Notes under the pieces: model-generated
The model's input: the letters and a program-made list of their open reading frames with translations, nothing else
Told to the model about the DNA's origin: nothing
Databases searched by the model: none
Assembly (NCBI GenBank): GCA_963676565.1
Contig: OY781089.1
Coordinates: 2,976,001 to 3,040,000, forward strand
Origin: Halarcobacter sp.
GTDB taxonomy: Bacteria; Campylobacterota; Campylobacteria; Campylobacterales; Arcobacteraceae
Direction: 5' to 3'
DNA length: 64,000 nucleotides
Translations under genes and position numbers: made by a program
Shown here: positions 63,545 to 64,000 of the stretch, in pieces
How the letters are laid out: every line of letters starts with the position of its first letter
Numbering within the stretch: the stretch's first letter is position 1

Positions 63545-64000
63545 TTAAAAAGTGTTACCAAAGTAATTAGAAATCTTCTCAATATCTTCTTGAGACTTAA
63601 TTTCTATCTTAAAATAGTTTTTTTCAGCCTTAACTTTTAAGTTAGATTTTTTAAGATTTTCAATGGCTGATTCAAGAGGTTTAAAATCAAAATTTTTATT
63701 TTTTGTTTTTGTCTTTTTTTCAGAAGAATCATCTTTTGATGATTTTAATTTTTTCACTAGAGATTCTGTTTCTCTCACTGACAATTTTTGTCCAATAATA
63801 GAATCAGCAACTATTCTTTGTTGTTCATCTTCTAGGCCTAGCATAACCTTTCCATGACCTGCACTAATTTTGTTATTTGCTAACAATTGTTGTACATATG
63901 AACTTAATTGTAAAAGTCTAAGTGTGTTTGTAATTGATGTTCTAGATTTGAAAACTTTTTTAGAAAGCTCTTCATGAGTTATTGAATGTTCGTTAATTAA
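63545..64000 (-). CDS. parB: ParB/Spo0J partition protein (5' end outside window)
   Basis: Manual translation KSRTSITNTLRLL..ISAGHGK..LSVRETE; typical position upstream of the atp genes. Confidence 0.9.
   Translation of the reverse strand, partial: LINEHSITHEELSKKVFKSRTSITNTLRLLQLSSYVQQLLANNKISAGHGKVMLGLEDEQQRIVADSIIGQKLSVRETESLVKKLKSSKDDSSEKKTKTKNKNFDFKPLESAIENLKKSNLKVKAEKNYFKIEIKSQEDIEKISNYFGNTF

Overview
This AT-rich window looks like Campylobacterota, most likely Arcobacteraceae (inferred from gene order and protein style). Bases 1-50.7 kb form one surface/biofilm locus. It contains a type I secretion system (HlyD, ABC transporter, TolC) and two repeat-rich LapA-like adhesins (about 4,100 and 1,490 aa), each next to an atypical OmpR-type response regulator. 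Between the adhesins lies a Wzy-dependent polysaccharide cluster: galE, galU, two ugd copies around an FHA gene, MurB/MurA paralogs, wzx, glycosyltransferases, wzy, a priming transferase, a GDP-fucose pathway interrupted by a toxin-antitoxin pair, and wza/wzc/phosphatase. The best novelty candidate is a minus-strand RiPP-like cassette inside the polysaccharide cluster. It comprises a 73-aa peptide with a twin-arginine motif, a YxxP motif of the type bound by RiPP recognition elements (RRE) and a Ser/Thr-rich core, followed by an HPr-kinase-like enzyme and a stand-alone PqqD/RRE protein, with a nucleotidyltransferase 6 kb away. No lasso cyclase or leader peptidase is present in the window. Bases 50.7-64 kb are conserved housekeeping genes: mtnN, fabD, slyD, tol-pal, atp and parB. 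All calls come from motif recognition by eye; no database search was run.
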